A DNA stretch of 51,923 bases, the filler included, from Dirinaria sp. TL-2023a (Eukaryota): assembly GCA_051941275.1 (NCBI GenBank). It is 2 parts of 2 records of this genome, joined end to end, with 100 filler letters (N's around TTAATTAATTAA, not from the genome) between each part and the next. Parts side by side here need not be neighbours in the genome. Positions count along the whole stretch, not along the records: positions 1 to 25,943 come from JAVEBF010000167.1; 1 more part is not named here. The stretch is one strand, 5' to 3'. Below the pieces are notes generated by a model. The model saw nothing but the letters and a program-made list of their open reading frames with translations, was not told the origin of the DNA and searched no databases. The position numbers and the translations under genes are program-made. Of the stretch, positions 1 through 12,597 are shown piece after piece. Numbering within the stretch: position 1 is the first letter of the stretch; every line of letters begins with the position of its first letter.

Positions 1-205
1 ATCCAATCCAAAACGAAATCAGAAAAATATTTATATATGAAGGGGGACGGGATCCATTTGCTATTAACAAGACCCTTCTGTTTTCATTTGCGTGATGTAG
101 GATACTGTTAGAGCTTCGTAATCAAGGGGACGCGATATCTATTGAAAAGTACGACAAAGTCTCATAGTATAGAAAAGGGTCCGCCAGACGATGCAAAAGT
201 TCCAC

Positions 206-2102
206 TCAATCTATCCGAGGCACCAGTCGCGTTTTTCTCACGGTCTCAGTGTCCGCTCCGAAATACCGCTCGCATTTGAAACTGTAGGCGCGAGAAGATT
301 AGCGTATGAGCAATGATCTCATATAGAATGAGGGAACCGGGTTGAATTCGGAGCCAGTAGACTCCGCTCAATTCAATGGTGGGAAGAATCTCTCACCTCC
401 AGTTCAAGCCGCCAATAACCATGTTGGCGCATCCTTCGATGTACCGTTGCACATCTGCATCCACGCCTTCCCCCAGTAGCGGCACGTCGGCAAGCGCGAG
501 GAACCACTCCCGATAGCGGGTTTTAATCAGATTTTCGACGACATCGTAGCTGGCCTGGAGGGAGAGACCTTGGCGCCGGTAGATGGCGATCAGATTGTAT
601 TCGCATCCTTCCTTCTGCGAAGCGATGGAGTTAGACATATGTGCTTGTGATCTGCGCTGGTGGCGGAACTTTAGGAAATGGCAGGCGCTCACTTGTTCTT
701 TGTAATAAGATAGGATATCATTTTGGCTGGGAATGAGTGTTAGCTTTGGATGTTGGAAGAATGATCCATTCGCTGGAGACAGAGGGGCAGGTTGAGGCCT
801 CGTGAGCATTCAAAAATGGTTGAGGTAATTCAGTACGTACAGGATAGTCAATTCTGCCGACAGACGTTCGATGCGCTTGACCGAACTGTGATTCATCACT
901 TCAGGGAGGACATTCAAGCTGTAGCAATACCTAGGATTTTCTCAGCACACGGCTTGTCAAAAACTTGCCCCTCCCCAAGCATTCATCTCCCGTGTTGTTC
1001 TCTTTGGAATGTATGTTTCATAAGGGTAGAGCTTACTCCAAAAGAGCGAAAGCTGCGGACGTCCCTATTGTCGAACGTCTGAGATCCATATAGGATACGG
1101 GATCAAGGTCTTCGACGCTCGTATGACCCTTCACTTGCGAGAAAACCCCCCAAACTAAGTCGGCCATGGAGGTTTTAAATCGGTAGCGAACATCTTGAGT
1201 TGAATGAGTCAACCAAGAAAGACACACATATAAGCACAAGGCTAAGTTTCCATACCTGCAGAAGAGCCCTATATAAATTCGGTCAGTCAATGAGCGGTTA
1301 GGTTGGACGCTTGCTAGAAGGTATTTTATAGATGAAACTACTCAAATACCTTTGCCAATTGTATCCAAATATCTCGGAAAACATCTACCAATGACTGATA
1401 TTTTCCGAGATCCAGCTTTTCATCAATCTGATCTTCCATCGTTGCAAGGATAGCCTTGACCAATTGCTCTGCCGTGGATGGATCGTTGTTGAATTCGCCC
1501 TCGTCAAAAGCTATTCAGAACCATCAATCCCAATACTTTTGAAATATTGGGTTCCCAATCGGTCCTTTGTACTCACGGTCATCAAAGTCAAAAGCCTATG
1601 AACAAAGCGGATCGTGTGTTAGCGACCTTCGCTATTATTTGCACAGTGCTCTGGATTTGCAAACAAGAGATGCGGCACAGGGGCGAGCAGCATGTACCCA
1701 GTTCAACCAATCCCCTAGGCAGCGAAGTCTCTCCGCACCGGCATCTGGAACAAGGACGCTGGCAAGGAACGAAAAGTTTGCTTTCTTATGTTTTTTGGCT
1801 TTTTTGGCATCGTAACCGGATTCTCTAGAGTTGCACCCGCCTTAGTTAGCTGCAACCAGTCCTCAGAAAGTTCTCAATTCTCTCATGGCAGCGTACTCTG
1901 TGATCCAGCTTTCCGACTCGGCTTTGACACGGGCATAGTTGGGGTTTACACGTGGAGGTTGCGCGCAGAAAGACAAGAATAAGTCTGGTATTCTGACGTT
2001 GTCCGGCTCGGCGTCTACGGGGGTTATGGTGAGTTTGGTCGAGGAGTCCTGTAGAGGATCCGGGAGCGGAGGAGCGCTGCTGAGAATACTTTGACAAGAC
2101 AT
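206..2102 (-). CDS. Class I terpene synthase (likely sesquiterpene cyclase), 10 exons
   Basis: Hand splicing at GT-AG introns gives VRIPDLF..PPRVNPNY, DWLNW-AFDFDDPFDEG (DDxxD), RRSTIG (pyrophosphate-sensor Arg region), QNDILSYYKE (NSE/DTE motif) and WSFKCERYF (WxxxxxRY). Stop TGA at 206-208. Micro-exons at 1577-1595 (19 nt) and 1256-1268 (13 nt). Confidence 0.93.
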
Positions 2103-3049
2103 AATGGCGTCGAATTTGATTGAACCGGTTTTGTTATACTTCCAAGGGCGGATGTTTCTACAGCCAGTCTCAATAGGAGAATCGCGAATCTTTTATGCTG
2201 CCGCATCCGGATATGGGCGCTCTGGCCGAGTGCAAGTAAGGGCATGCAGCAACCATATCGTTACTGATTCAGCGCATTGTTCACTCAGCCCATTCGAGAT
2301 CAGGGCCGGCGATTGCCGATCATGAGATGAAGATTTGAGAGCTTGGAGATGATATTCGGAACGTCCGAAAGTGGACCCGCCAATGAATTCAAGCGATCGT
2401 GCGCCATCTTGCATAAGATGGTTGTAGAAAGTGGAGCTGAAGCTGATATTGAGCTTGGCAGTACTATGATATTAAATTCTCCTAACGGTACTGATCATAA
2501 GCAATGATGAATTCTGAAATACCATGCGTAGTCGAACGGCTAAGAGTACCAATGCTCGCAGTTTGTAGCAACATTCGGACAATAAAAGCGACCGGCCTTA
2601 CCTAAAGGGTCCTAATTTTCTGTAAGCCTCAAGCCTTATTTGGTATAACCTGCTGATCACTGATCGTGTTGCTCTATTTCGAATGACGATCACGTAAGGC
2701 GTAGAGTCGGAAGCAGAGGTCGCAACACTTGGAAAAGTCTGACATAATGGATTGAACGTTCAACCGAGTCCGGTATGTGAGATATTGAACGTACGTATCA
2801 GGCGTACCAGGAGTATCGAGAAGCCGCATGCGTTAGTATTCCTTAGATGCCCGCACTGTGTGTACTCCGAAAGGTAAAGTAATGTATACGAACCACACCA
2901 CAGCTTACTCAGCCCCCACACATACTCCTACGCCCCCGCATGTACGGCCTCAAATAAGAAAAGCGTCTCGAAAATTTCCCTGGTCCCGGTCCTGCCTCAA
3001 CTCGCAACACGCTCGTACTCGTGCCTTACTTCTTCTTTCCTCCGCCAAA

Positions 3050-3571
3050 CTAGCCACCTACGCTCTGTCCTGCATTCATGACCCCTTCTCCTTCACCACT
3101 AAACGCATTCGAAGCACTGGCTGCCCACGAGCTTTGCTGCTGCTTCGCCTGCGCGGTGTCCAGGGGACCCGTGTCGCCCTTCCCGGCTCGGTTGACGCCC
3201 TCCTTGCTTACACCTTCACCCACAGGTGCCAGGCAGCCGCCCTTGGCTAGCTGACTGCCGACACCTTCAGCGGCGCCGTCTTGAATGGCGTCGATATTCT
3301 TGTCCCCCGTGATTTCGGTTTTGCGAAGCTGCTCTGTAGTGGGATGGGAGAGGTATTAGCGACTGCATGATTAACGAGAACGTGGAAGATGGTAAGAGAG
3401 AAGGGAATAGTAGAATCATCTGAGGGCACGGTAGAGACGCTTACCTTTGGTTGTGTACGAGGTCTTGTTCTCGCCGAACCAGGCAAGCACTTTATCCTCA
3501 AGCCATGGCACGTAGGCGGTATAATACTCCTCGTATTTCCTGCTGTACCAGGATCTCTCGTTGTTAGACAT
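3050..3571 (-). CDS. Small conserved fungal hypothetical protein, 2 exons (not in ORF track)
   Basis: ATG at 3571: MSNNERSWYSRKYEEYYTAYVPWLEDKVLAWFGENKTSYTTK; intron 3334-3444 (GTAAGC..CAG); then EQLRKTEITGDKNIDAIQDG..GEGVSKEGVNRA..SVGG*. Resembles an uncharacterised Pezizomycotina family (recognised from memory). Confidence 0.75.
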
Positions 3572-4191
3572 GACGGCGACTTGCGCGATGTCCTAGTCTG
3601 CGCTTGACCACGAAATAGATGGCTAGGGAATTTGGCTATCTTGGTTATTGATATAAAAATTGCAATCACTTATCCGTGGCTCTGCTCCAGGGACGCGACA
3701 TCGAGCACGTGGAAAAATCACCTTACTATCGTCGTATGACGTCTTTTCGCGGCTGCCCAAATCTTGTTTCGGTCGTCCCAGACCGAGTTCTTAAGGGCAA
3801 CCAAATCCCGTGACTGTGGGATACGTCAAAGAAAATAAAAACGTCAGTACTGATATGAAGGCCATTGCAAATCCGTCGAACAACCACTGAGCGAGCCCAA
3901 CTGGCCAACAATCTAAGCAAAGCAGCTGTGGCTAGACATATTTCTGTACAACCATGGATTGCTAGAGCCTTCTAGAGAGTGGTCGCAATTACTCTGATGG
4001 GAGCTATGTACAAAAGATATTGCTATTGGCATAGTCATGTTCGTCTGTCCTATTCCAGCATACTCAAAGCTTGGACTTGGCGACTTCAGCAACCCTGTCT
4101 GCCTGTCAGTACTCAGCCACGTTAGTCGGATCCTACTTTAGTGACGACTATCATTGCTTTTCAATGACAGGGCTCAACGAACCTTGACCAC

Positions 4192-5175
4192 TCACAAGTG
4201 CGTGTGGTAGAAGTCGAGTAAGGTACTGTATCCGCGCTCATACTCTTTTCTGACCTTCTCGTTCTCAAGATTGCCTCTACAGTTTAGTCAGTACGAAGAC
4301 TCCGATCGTTAGATGTTGTGCATAAGCCATCTACCGAGCAGCCATCCAACCATGGATCTGGTCAGAAAAGGTCTCAACGTGGTGAGCTGTCTTGAGATTC
4401 TGTTCGAACCCTGTGACGGCTTCCTTGTCTTCGTCGCCTGACGCAAGCATGCAAAGCGGAATTTCAATTCCCTTTGCATCATTTGGATCTACCATCGCTG
4501 GATGAACCTCGGCAGCAGCGCTAAAAGGCGTGCCAGATTGGCAAGCCAGCGAAACGATCTAATCGTCGTGATCGTCAGGATCGTGTCAATTCAAGAAATG
4601 TTAGCACAGGCGCACCTTTCCACCCCAGCACATGCCCAGAACACCTAGTGTGTTGATTTTTGAGCTGTATTCCTTTACAGGCTTCACCAAGCCGAGAAGC
4701 TTTTCAGCAGTCTTCGGCGGCGATGCCGGCCCCTGGAAGAAAGCACCCAGCTTCTCGCCCTTCTCTTTGGTGTCCGGAGGGTACCAGCTGCGATCTGCTG
4801 GCTTGCCCTCGAAGAAGTCCGGAATGTAGACCTGGTACTGGTGGTGTTCATCGTCGGAATGTGCTAGGATATCCGCACCTTGGAGAACCTGGGGGCTGAA
4901 ACCAAAAATGTCAAAGATGACGATAATGGCGGAAGTAGCAGACGAGGGGCCAGTCGTGTCTGTGCATTGTCAGCTCGACATCGAACACAATGCGATTTGG
5001 AGGATCTACAGGTCTTCAGGCCACCAATGTCGACGAATTTTCCCTTTTCCTGATAGCCTTTTGACACCGCAGGCGGAACCGTGCAGCAAGCCTTTCCCCG
5101 TCAGTATCACAGAATCAGTGCAATGGATCGGGTCGTAGCATCAATAGGTACCTCACTGTGCCCATGGTGTGCCAT
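4192..5175 (-). CDS. Dienelactone hydrolase family protein (AIM2-like)
   Basis: Spliced product MAHHGHSEACCTVPP..GLKTYTTG..FDIFGFSPQVLQGADIL..PDFFEG..GMCWGG (Cys nucleophile)..HPAM..DED..QIHGWMAARG..FYHTHL*; four GT-AG introns. Confidence 0.92.
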
Positions 5176-6578
5176 TGTGAACTTGGTCCTGATCTTCACT
5201 TGATTTGGATAGCGTTTGAGTCTGAAAACAACAGATGGCAAACCTTGGTTCAGTGTTGCAATTGTAACAAATGTATATCTCATTGCATGATGTAAGGTCA
5301 GGTAGGCGTAGTGCCGAATGTAAAATTCATCCCGCTATACAATTTAGCAGCCGCATCGTGGGGCAGGAAAACGTCATCGCTTTCGGCCCTTAAAGGCAGA
5401 TCAGAACTGCCGAGCAAATCACGTGATCGTTGATGAAGTCTCGCTGCTGTATCGCACCTGGAAATGCTGACTGCAGGAACATACATACCCTGTTTTGCTT
5501 GGCCTCGCTTCAATCTCCAGATTCGTGGAAATTTGTCAGACTATCGCAACGCTCCTTTACCCTTGAGTTAGACCGCAGCGTAGCCGGGTTGTCATTGAAT
5601 ACCGGTTCCCCACTTGGTATGAACCATGGATTCTAAAATAATTACTGCTCAAACCGTAATTGTCAGGTCTTCTGATGCTTTTGTGATTTACTGGCAGGAT
5701 CATATAGTGGTTCATTTCAGACTGATTCCGTACTGGGTTTTATTACCTCAAACTTGCCGATACCGATAGAGAGAGTAAAGCTGGAGTGTAGGTTTTACTG
5801 GTACCTCGGGTGGTTTCTAGCAGTGGCTGCAACGAGTGGGTATTTCGCGGCTATGCTCGTGCTGACTCAGTATAAGTTATGAGTTGTAGCATAATCTCTT
5901 ACATGACTTGATTCCGTGCTGCCGGCAGAGTTATTCAACTGATCAGATTCAATGTATAAGTCCCGGAAAGTACCCTCTGATAAGCCAGGTGTTGATCGTG
6001 GTTGCAAATTCCGCGAGGCTTGCTTACCTGTGTGTGCTTCGTCAGTGGCTACGCATTAGATGCAGGCTTTTAGAAGGTTCGAAACGCTTACAATGCGGTA
6101 AAGCGTAATGAAACAGTTTAATCGATTGAGATTTCGATGATCTGTCTTAAGGGCCTGCTATTCAGCTGGATGCGGTAAAATCTGCTTCCAATAGTACATC
6201 GCAGCAATTTAATTGGTAGTGCCCCTCACCGACATCGGCAGCAATGTCAATCCATGCTCGATTCATAAAACCGCTTAGAGAAGTACTCTTGCTCATTCAA
6301 TTCTTCTTAGGTTGCTTGGATGAATAACGACTGCTCAAAATCTGCACGACTTAGAGCATATGTTCGTGTAAAAGCGTTGTCGTTATTTCAAAACCGCACA
6401 ATTGCAGAAGCAATCACAGTAGAACGGCGCTTTACAGCGTCCAGGCACCCTGGAAGACAGGCATGACTCAATTCCGTTGAAAAAGCAACAAGATGTGTAA
6501 TGAGTCAATGATTGTGTAAAGATAGCGAGGCTAAATCTCGTTCCATGGAGCGAATGCATGGAAACCCAAGGCCTAAGA

Positions 6579-8937
6579 TTACATATCTTCATGCGTATGC
6601 GATCGCCTTCTGTAGGGTACTGTAGGATTTGAAACCATGGTTGATCTCCCGTCGCCTACGTTCTTCCGATGGTAACACGTACATGTCAGATATTGCAGCG
6701 GTTCATCCCGATCGTCTGAGGCTAGAACAGTTGCCTCGTTCTGGGAGAATTCCCAGAGATCTATTCCGCATTCTGCAAGGGCCGATGCGAACCGTCCACC
6801 GCAAGACAGGAAGTCGTAGATTTGGTGCACCTCTTTGGGAGGGGCAGAATCTTTGTACAATGCAAACGGAAGACAGTCTTGACCAATGCTGGACCTCCAC
6901 CAGGCAATTCGGGTTGGCGTCTGAAGTTCGGCACTTTTTGTGTGTAGCCAAGCCCCGGCTCGTATAAGTGAACATATGACAGCGACGCCGTGATCCTGCA
7001 TCAAAGCATCTTGCATGGTGGAGTATCCGAACTCCGAAACAAAAGTAACGTGAATCATCTGTTTTTCAACCAGCTTGCCCATGTTGGGGGTTGCTTCTGC
7101 TTCTTTATGATAAAGCATGTCTGAGGCGGGATTGAAACTGCGCGCTTGTAGAGCTACACTAGGATTGGGCTCCATGGAAAATGTTTCCTGCGTCAAAAGA
7201 TAATGAATGATAGGCGTCAACTGTGGTAGGTCGAGAACGCGCCGATATTTGCAAAGATTCTGGAGTAAATTATTGGAACATCGATTCTCGAAGTGCTCAA
7301 AGTTTGGGTCGCAGTTTGCTTTCTCTACAAGCAAGCGTACGACATCCAAGACATTGTCTACGGGAATTATCTCTGTAATAGTAGCTTCATCTCCAGTTTT
7401 TTTGCTGAAAAATGGCAGCATATCAAGCGGAGAGCTTTCATAGACCAATATCAGCAGACTAAGTCTAACACTACGCTGCACGAGGGACTGACTTACTTGC
7501 CGAAATCGTCCACGAGACCCGTGGTACAGCCTTCGTCAATGAGCAATTGAATTAGTCTCATACTTTGCGACTTAGCAGCCATCTGCGGCATGGTTAGCTA
7601 CACGTCTCAACAGCTTTCTTAGAATACGAACATGCATCAGACCGCGGCCCCACTCATCGACAGTATTGACGGACAGTTGCCTTGTATTTAAAAGATATAG
7701 GATCATCTCAGTGTTTCCTGTTCTGCATGCTTCGAAAGCGGGTGACGTAAAGGTTACAAGTGGATTATACGTAGGATTCATGCTGAGAGAATATCCGCTC
7801 TTGGTATTACCGAATTGCAGATGCACGCGCCAGAGAGCTGGCCGGGCCAACCACGAGCTTGGCTTGAATTTAAAAGCGGCCCTGTAAAAATACTCAGAAG
7901 GGGCATCCATAGGCCCTAGATCGTTGCCCAAGGGATACTTGAACGTCCCAGTGAGGGCAATTTCGACTTGACCAAATATGGTCTCAAATCTTTTCCGCGT
8001 GGTTGCGTGCTCGAAACGCTGGTGAAAAGAGGAGTCCCGTGCTACAGGTTTGGTCGGTGCCTCAGCTACGGTTATGAATGGGCCAGATTTTGTGGCACTT
8101 GACGTTGAATACACTGGCTTGGGACTTGCAGATCCCTCAGCTTCATTTTCGATCGTTTCTGCACCGTTTTGCTGGTGTTCCTTTCTGATGCGCTGGAAAC
8201 GATCACTTTCCTGAGCATGAAGGTCTCGAAAACCGTCTTGCAAACCGTGCCGAATATATGAATTGATACTCGATTCTAAGGCAGCGATGACTGTACCTGG
8301 CATTGTGTTATTGTTGCTGGCTTGTAATGCATTGACGATAACCCTGGTGTCTTCGCTAAATCTGACCTCAAGTGCTTGCATTGTTCGCGTGGTCTGACAC
8401 TGCTGACTAGCGATCGATGCCATTGCACTTGTGAAGAAGGTCGTGTTTCGCGCTGCGAGCATACTATCACTTCTCAGCAAGAATTGACTCTGAAAGCCAG
8501 TGCTAATACCTTGCAAGAGACTGCCGTGCTAAGATCAGAGTGGTTTTCATCGACTCTAGGTTTGCGCGGAAGTGGTCTAAGTTCTCTTTGTGGAAGACAA
8601 CCTTCACGGACTTCCATGTTCTTTGCACCTTGCCTTTGCTAATATCGATTTTCAATTTGTCTGCAAGCGTTTGGAGCTCCCCGAGGCAGCGCTCACATTG
8701 AAGCAATGGTTCATGAGTAGGAAGTGTCTCCGAAGGCCCAGGGAGCAGTTGTTCCTCAGCATGTATCTCATGCAGAACTCTTTGAAGTAGTAGCAAGTCA
8801 TTCGCAAGCTCTCTCACATGGGACGGCGTATCCTTGAGCGATCTCCAAAAGTTATGTAGTTTCAGTGCCATTTCGGCGAGTTGTAATGCGATCGAAACGG
8901 TCGCAAAAACGCCACCGGCAACATCGAGTCCTGACAT
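6579..8937 (-). CDS. HeLo-like/SesA-type N-terminal domain protein with ankyrin repeats, 4 exons
   Basis: The N-terminus MSGLDVAGGVFATVSIALQLAE..FWRSLKDTPSHVRELANDL is typical of the fungal STAND N-terminal (HeLo-like) domain. Intron 8464-8509 joins ORFs 8503-8937 and 7572-8516. Ankyrin-like AFEACRTGNTEMILYLL..VDEWGRGLMHMAAK..LIQLLIDEG follows. No Walker A/NACHT seen. Confidence 0.75.
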
Positions 8938-9643
8938 GACGAAACTTGGCTTCTTGGGTAGTCGAAGGGTCGTTCGGGTACAGCATCATGGAGTATCGAA
9001 TAGTCTCTCGAGAGTGGTTGTGACCATTTCCATTCTCCGAAATCTGATCGCTCGATAATTCGGTGTATTGGGCCAGCATCTTGTCCATGGGGAGACGCTG
9101 GAATTAATCACCTTGAAAGCCTGGCAATTCTGAGAGTACCGATAGTCAACGGGTCTTCTTGGTCTCAGATTTTAAGGCGGCGCTTCGAAATAGGCAGTCA
9201 TTGGTGGTTGCTCGGTTGGTCAAGGGTTAAGGGTTTGGCTAACCCCAGCACGCCCATCCTAGAGGCCCTCGGCCCCTTAGGAGTTAGGTAGAGTGGTGGC
9301 TACCCTACCTAATATTAGACGTGTCTCTAGCGGCTTTATAGCGGTTATGTAATTGCAGTACTTTGTAAGGTACTTCTTCCCCGCCTGCCCCATGGGCTCA
9401 AGGTATCTCCGTCCCGACTAGCGAAACGCTTCTACTTTTACACCATTCTCTCTCTCTTCTACTGACCAATGACTTCAACTCTCGCCCATGTCGGATCTCC
9501 AAGTATTCGAGAGTGCTGTTGGCAGCATGCATCTCGTTCAGTCTTCAGTCTCCCATAAGGACTCATCTGGATGACGTTTTGAAATAATGCCGTTGAGCTG
9601 GTCATAGCTTCAAGCCAGCTCTAACGACGCCACGAAGCGCGAA

Positions 9644-11079
9644 ATGGTTGAAACCGATGAAAATCCTGCACAGCCGGATGTGACACTGATTGCGGCTGAT
9701 GGAGCTCATCGGCAAATCAAATTATCTTCGTTAGATAGTCAGGTCCAGGAAAGGACCGATGAAACGTACCCTGAAGGTGGAAGCCGAGCGTGGTTCTCGG
9801 TCGCTAGCTCGTTATGCGCCATGATGTGCTGTTTTGGGTTGATGAACACCATTGGTACCTTTCAGGCGTACATCGCAAACCATCAGCTTAAAGCATATAG
9901 TGTGTCTGATGTTGGCTGGATTTTCGGCCTTTACCTATTCATCGCCTACTTCAGTGGTATTCAAACAGGTCCTTGGTTTGACGCTCAAGGCCCAAAGTGG
10001 TTGATGGTGGCCGGAACACTTTGTCTTGTCGCTTCCATGATGCTGCTCAGTGTTTGCACGCGTTGGTTGACCTTTCTTCTCAGCTTGCTCTCCCTCACGC
10101 TCCTCGTGTCGGCTTCGATCGTCGACTGATTACATACTCAGATTATTACCAATTTTTGCTCGTATTCTCAATGCTAGGCGGCCTTGGTACTTCTATGATA
10201 TCGAGCCCTGCCATCGCGTCCATTGGCCACTTCTTCAACCGGCGCCGAGGGTTGGCCTCCGGAATCGCAAGCTGCGGCGGATCCATTGGTGGGATAATCT
10301 TCCCGTCGATGCTCTCGTCTCTCTTCACCACTGCTGGCTTTGGATGGGCAACTCGAGCGCTTGGATTCATGTTCTTGTTTCTCCTTATAATTGCGACTTT
10401 CTCTATTGGGTCCCGTTTACCACCTAAACCGCTGTCAAGGCAGAATGTCCTTCCAGATCTCACCATGTTCATGGACACCACCTTTGTTATCATGACTATC
10501 GCTATCTTTATGGTTGAATGGGGCCTTTTCGTTCCACTCAGCTACCTGACCTCGTTTGCGTTAGCCGCGAATATAGATCAGCACTTTGCTTACCAATTAC
10601 TGACGATACTAAATGCTGGATCCTTCCTTGGACGCTGGGCGCCAGGCCTCCTTGCAGACAAGATTGGAAGATTTAACACTATGATAATTATGATTACTCT
10701 GTGTCTTATTACAACATTGAGTCTCTGGTTGCCAGCCACATTGGTTTCAGATGCATCACAAGCGAAATCTCTGTCGATTGTCTTTGCTCTGGTTTTTGGC
10801 TTTTCTTCTGGCAGCAACATTAGTCTTGGACCAGTATGCGCCGGGCAGCTTTGTACGACTGAGAATTATGGTAGGTTTTTTGCCACTTGTTATACATTCG
10901 TCGGCCTCGGCACACTAGTTGGTATACCAATTGCAGGCGCAATACTAAGACGCGATGGGAATTCCTATATTGGGCTCGTCGGTTTCACGGCTGCCAGCTA
11001 TGTCATTGGTTTGTGCTTCTTCGTCTGGGCGAGAGTTAGAGTTGTTGGCTGGAGCATGGGAAGAGACGCATTTTATTGA
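9644..11079 (+). CDS. MFS monocarboxylate-porter family transporter (Mch4/Mch5-like), 2 exons
   Basis: YPEGGSRAW motif, GPWFDAQGPK, HFFNRRRGLASGIA, ADKIGRFN and about 12 hydrophobic segments. Intron 10062-10141 joins the two ORFs in frame. Confidence 0.92.
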
Positions 11080-11627
11080 GCGCTGGTATGTGGGTGCATG
11101 ACAATGACGACTAGAAGAAGAAGCTTCGACATAACTCTTCTGACGAAGATTGCTGTTGCATGGCCGGCATCAGCAAATCGTTGATACGAACACCAAGTCT
11201 TGACTCGAAAGCGAGGAGTAGAATGCAAGTGTCAAAGATCAGATGCTTTAAGCCACTGCTCACGGAACAAAATCTTCTATTTGAATTATTCTAAGTGGTA
11301 CCAAAGTCGGACAAAACGATAATTCTTTGGGTAAAACAGCACAAGATGTGAGCTGCCCGCAATTTTATACGAGATGATCGTTAAGTAGGCGACTGGCAAA
11401 GTCCAAGAGTCTGGCGACTTTTTTCAAATTGATGAGTCAGACTGGAATATTGGAGCGTGCTAGATCTTCTACCATGCATCGCCAACGAGCTGATGTTATC
11501 TGAAAAGCTCGAATCCCATGCTGGCGACCGGAAGCCATACGCAGACATGGTATTCCACTTCATCTAGCGCAAGCTAGTATCTAAGATTCATGTTCTACTT
11601 CTCTGCAGCAGTTCTTCCGCTGTTACA

Positions 11628-12094
11628 GTACCTCCGCATAAAGTCTGCGTCCAAGTAAAACTCATCTCTCGCGCAATTATGAAATGACTTTTCGAAGATC
11701 GTTAATTCTTTTCAGATTTCAGAAAGTTTCAGACGTTTATTATAGACTTCACGAACTCAGAAAATCCCCCAAATTATTTGTGTGTTTTGGACAGCATGCA
11801 GATATCTACCTTGGGTACAACCATCGTAAAGTGTAAGAAAACCACGATTTTCTCATACAAATCCGGGTATTTTCCAACATACATTCGCTCTCACGCACAT
11901 TCCGATCAAGACTTCAAAAAATAGTTACCAAAATCCTGAATCGGTAGCATAACGTATACTGATAAAATTTCTACCTTTTCCTCAAGCGACAGGGGACTTT
12001 TTTTTTTATAACTACGAGTTTTTGGGTGTTGCGTTAGAAATTGACGAATTTAAATGTAAAATGCTGCTTGGGCCGCAGACTTGCGTGTTAGTAC
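11628..12094. mobile_element. Degenerate MITE-like element, family A copy 1 (about 465 bp)
   Basis: Imperfect terminal inverted repeats (gtacctccgcataaagtctgcgtccaag vs reverse complement of the end, gtactaacacgcaagtctgcggcccaag). AT-rich, non-coding, and aligns by eye along its length with the reverse complement of 13851-14307. Confidence 0.65.
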
Positions 12095-12597
12095 AGTGCA
12101 AAATCTTGTCATCAGGGTACGACGATCAGAAAAAGGCATAATCCTGGGTACGATCTGATCAAAGATTTTTTTCTTCTCTTTTTTTCAAAATGTTGTTTTT
12201 ATCGTGAGCTGGCTATCAGTTTTCTTATTCAGTAAATGGATGGTATTGGCTACTGTTATTTGTTATTATGTTACATCCAGATATTATTCCAGAGAGGGTC
12301 TTACCTGAAGAAGTGATTTGAGACTCGTTGGGGTAACTAGCATCTCTCGCCAAGGAGAAGCATGAACCCGTCTCTGCATTGTCATCTAACGCATCACAGC
12401 CACCGTACCGTTCATTTTGATGGTATGCAGTACAAGCATTGTGGCTGATCTCAGTCTTTGTAATTGTGACTTTGTTTTGGATATGCCTAATCAAAGCCAA
12501 CGATAGGTCGAAACTTTTGTTTCACATAGGACAAAAAATTCAAGCCGGTCAAATCCGAATAATCCATCAACTCCTTCGCTGACACGGTTTCAACGCA

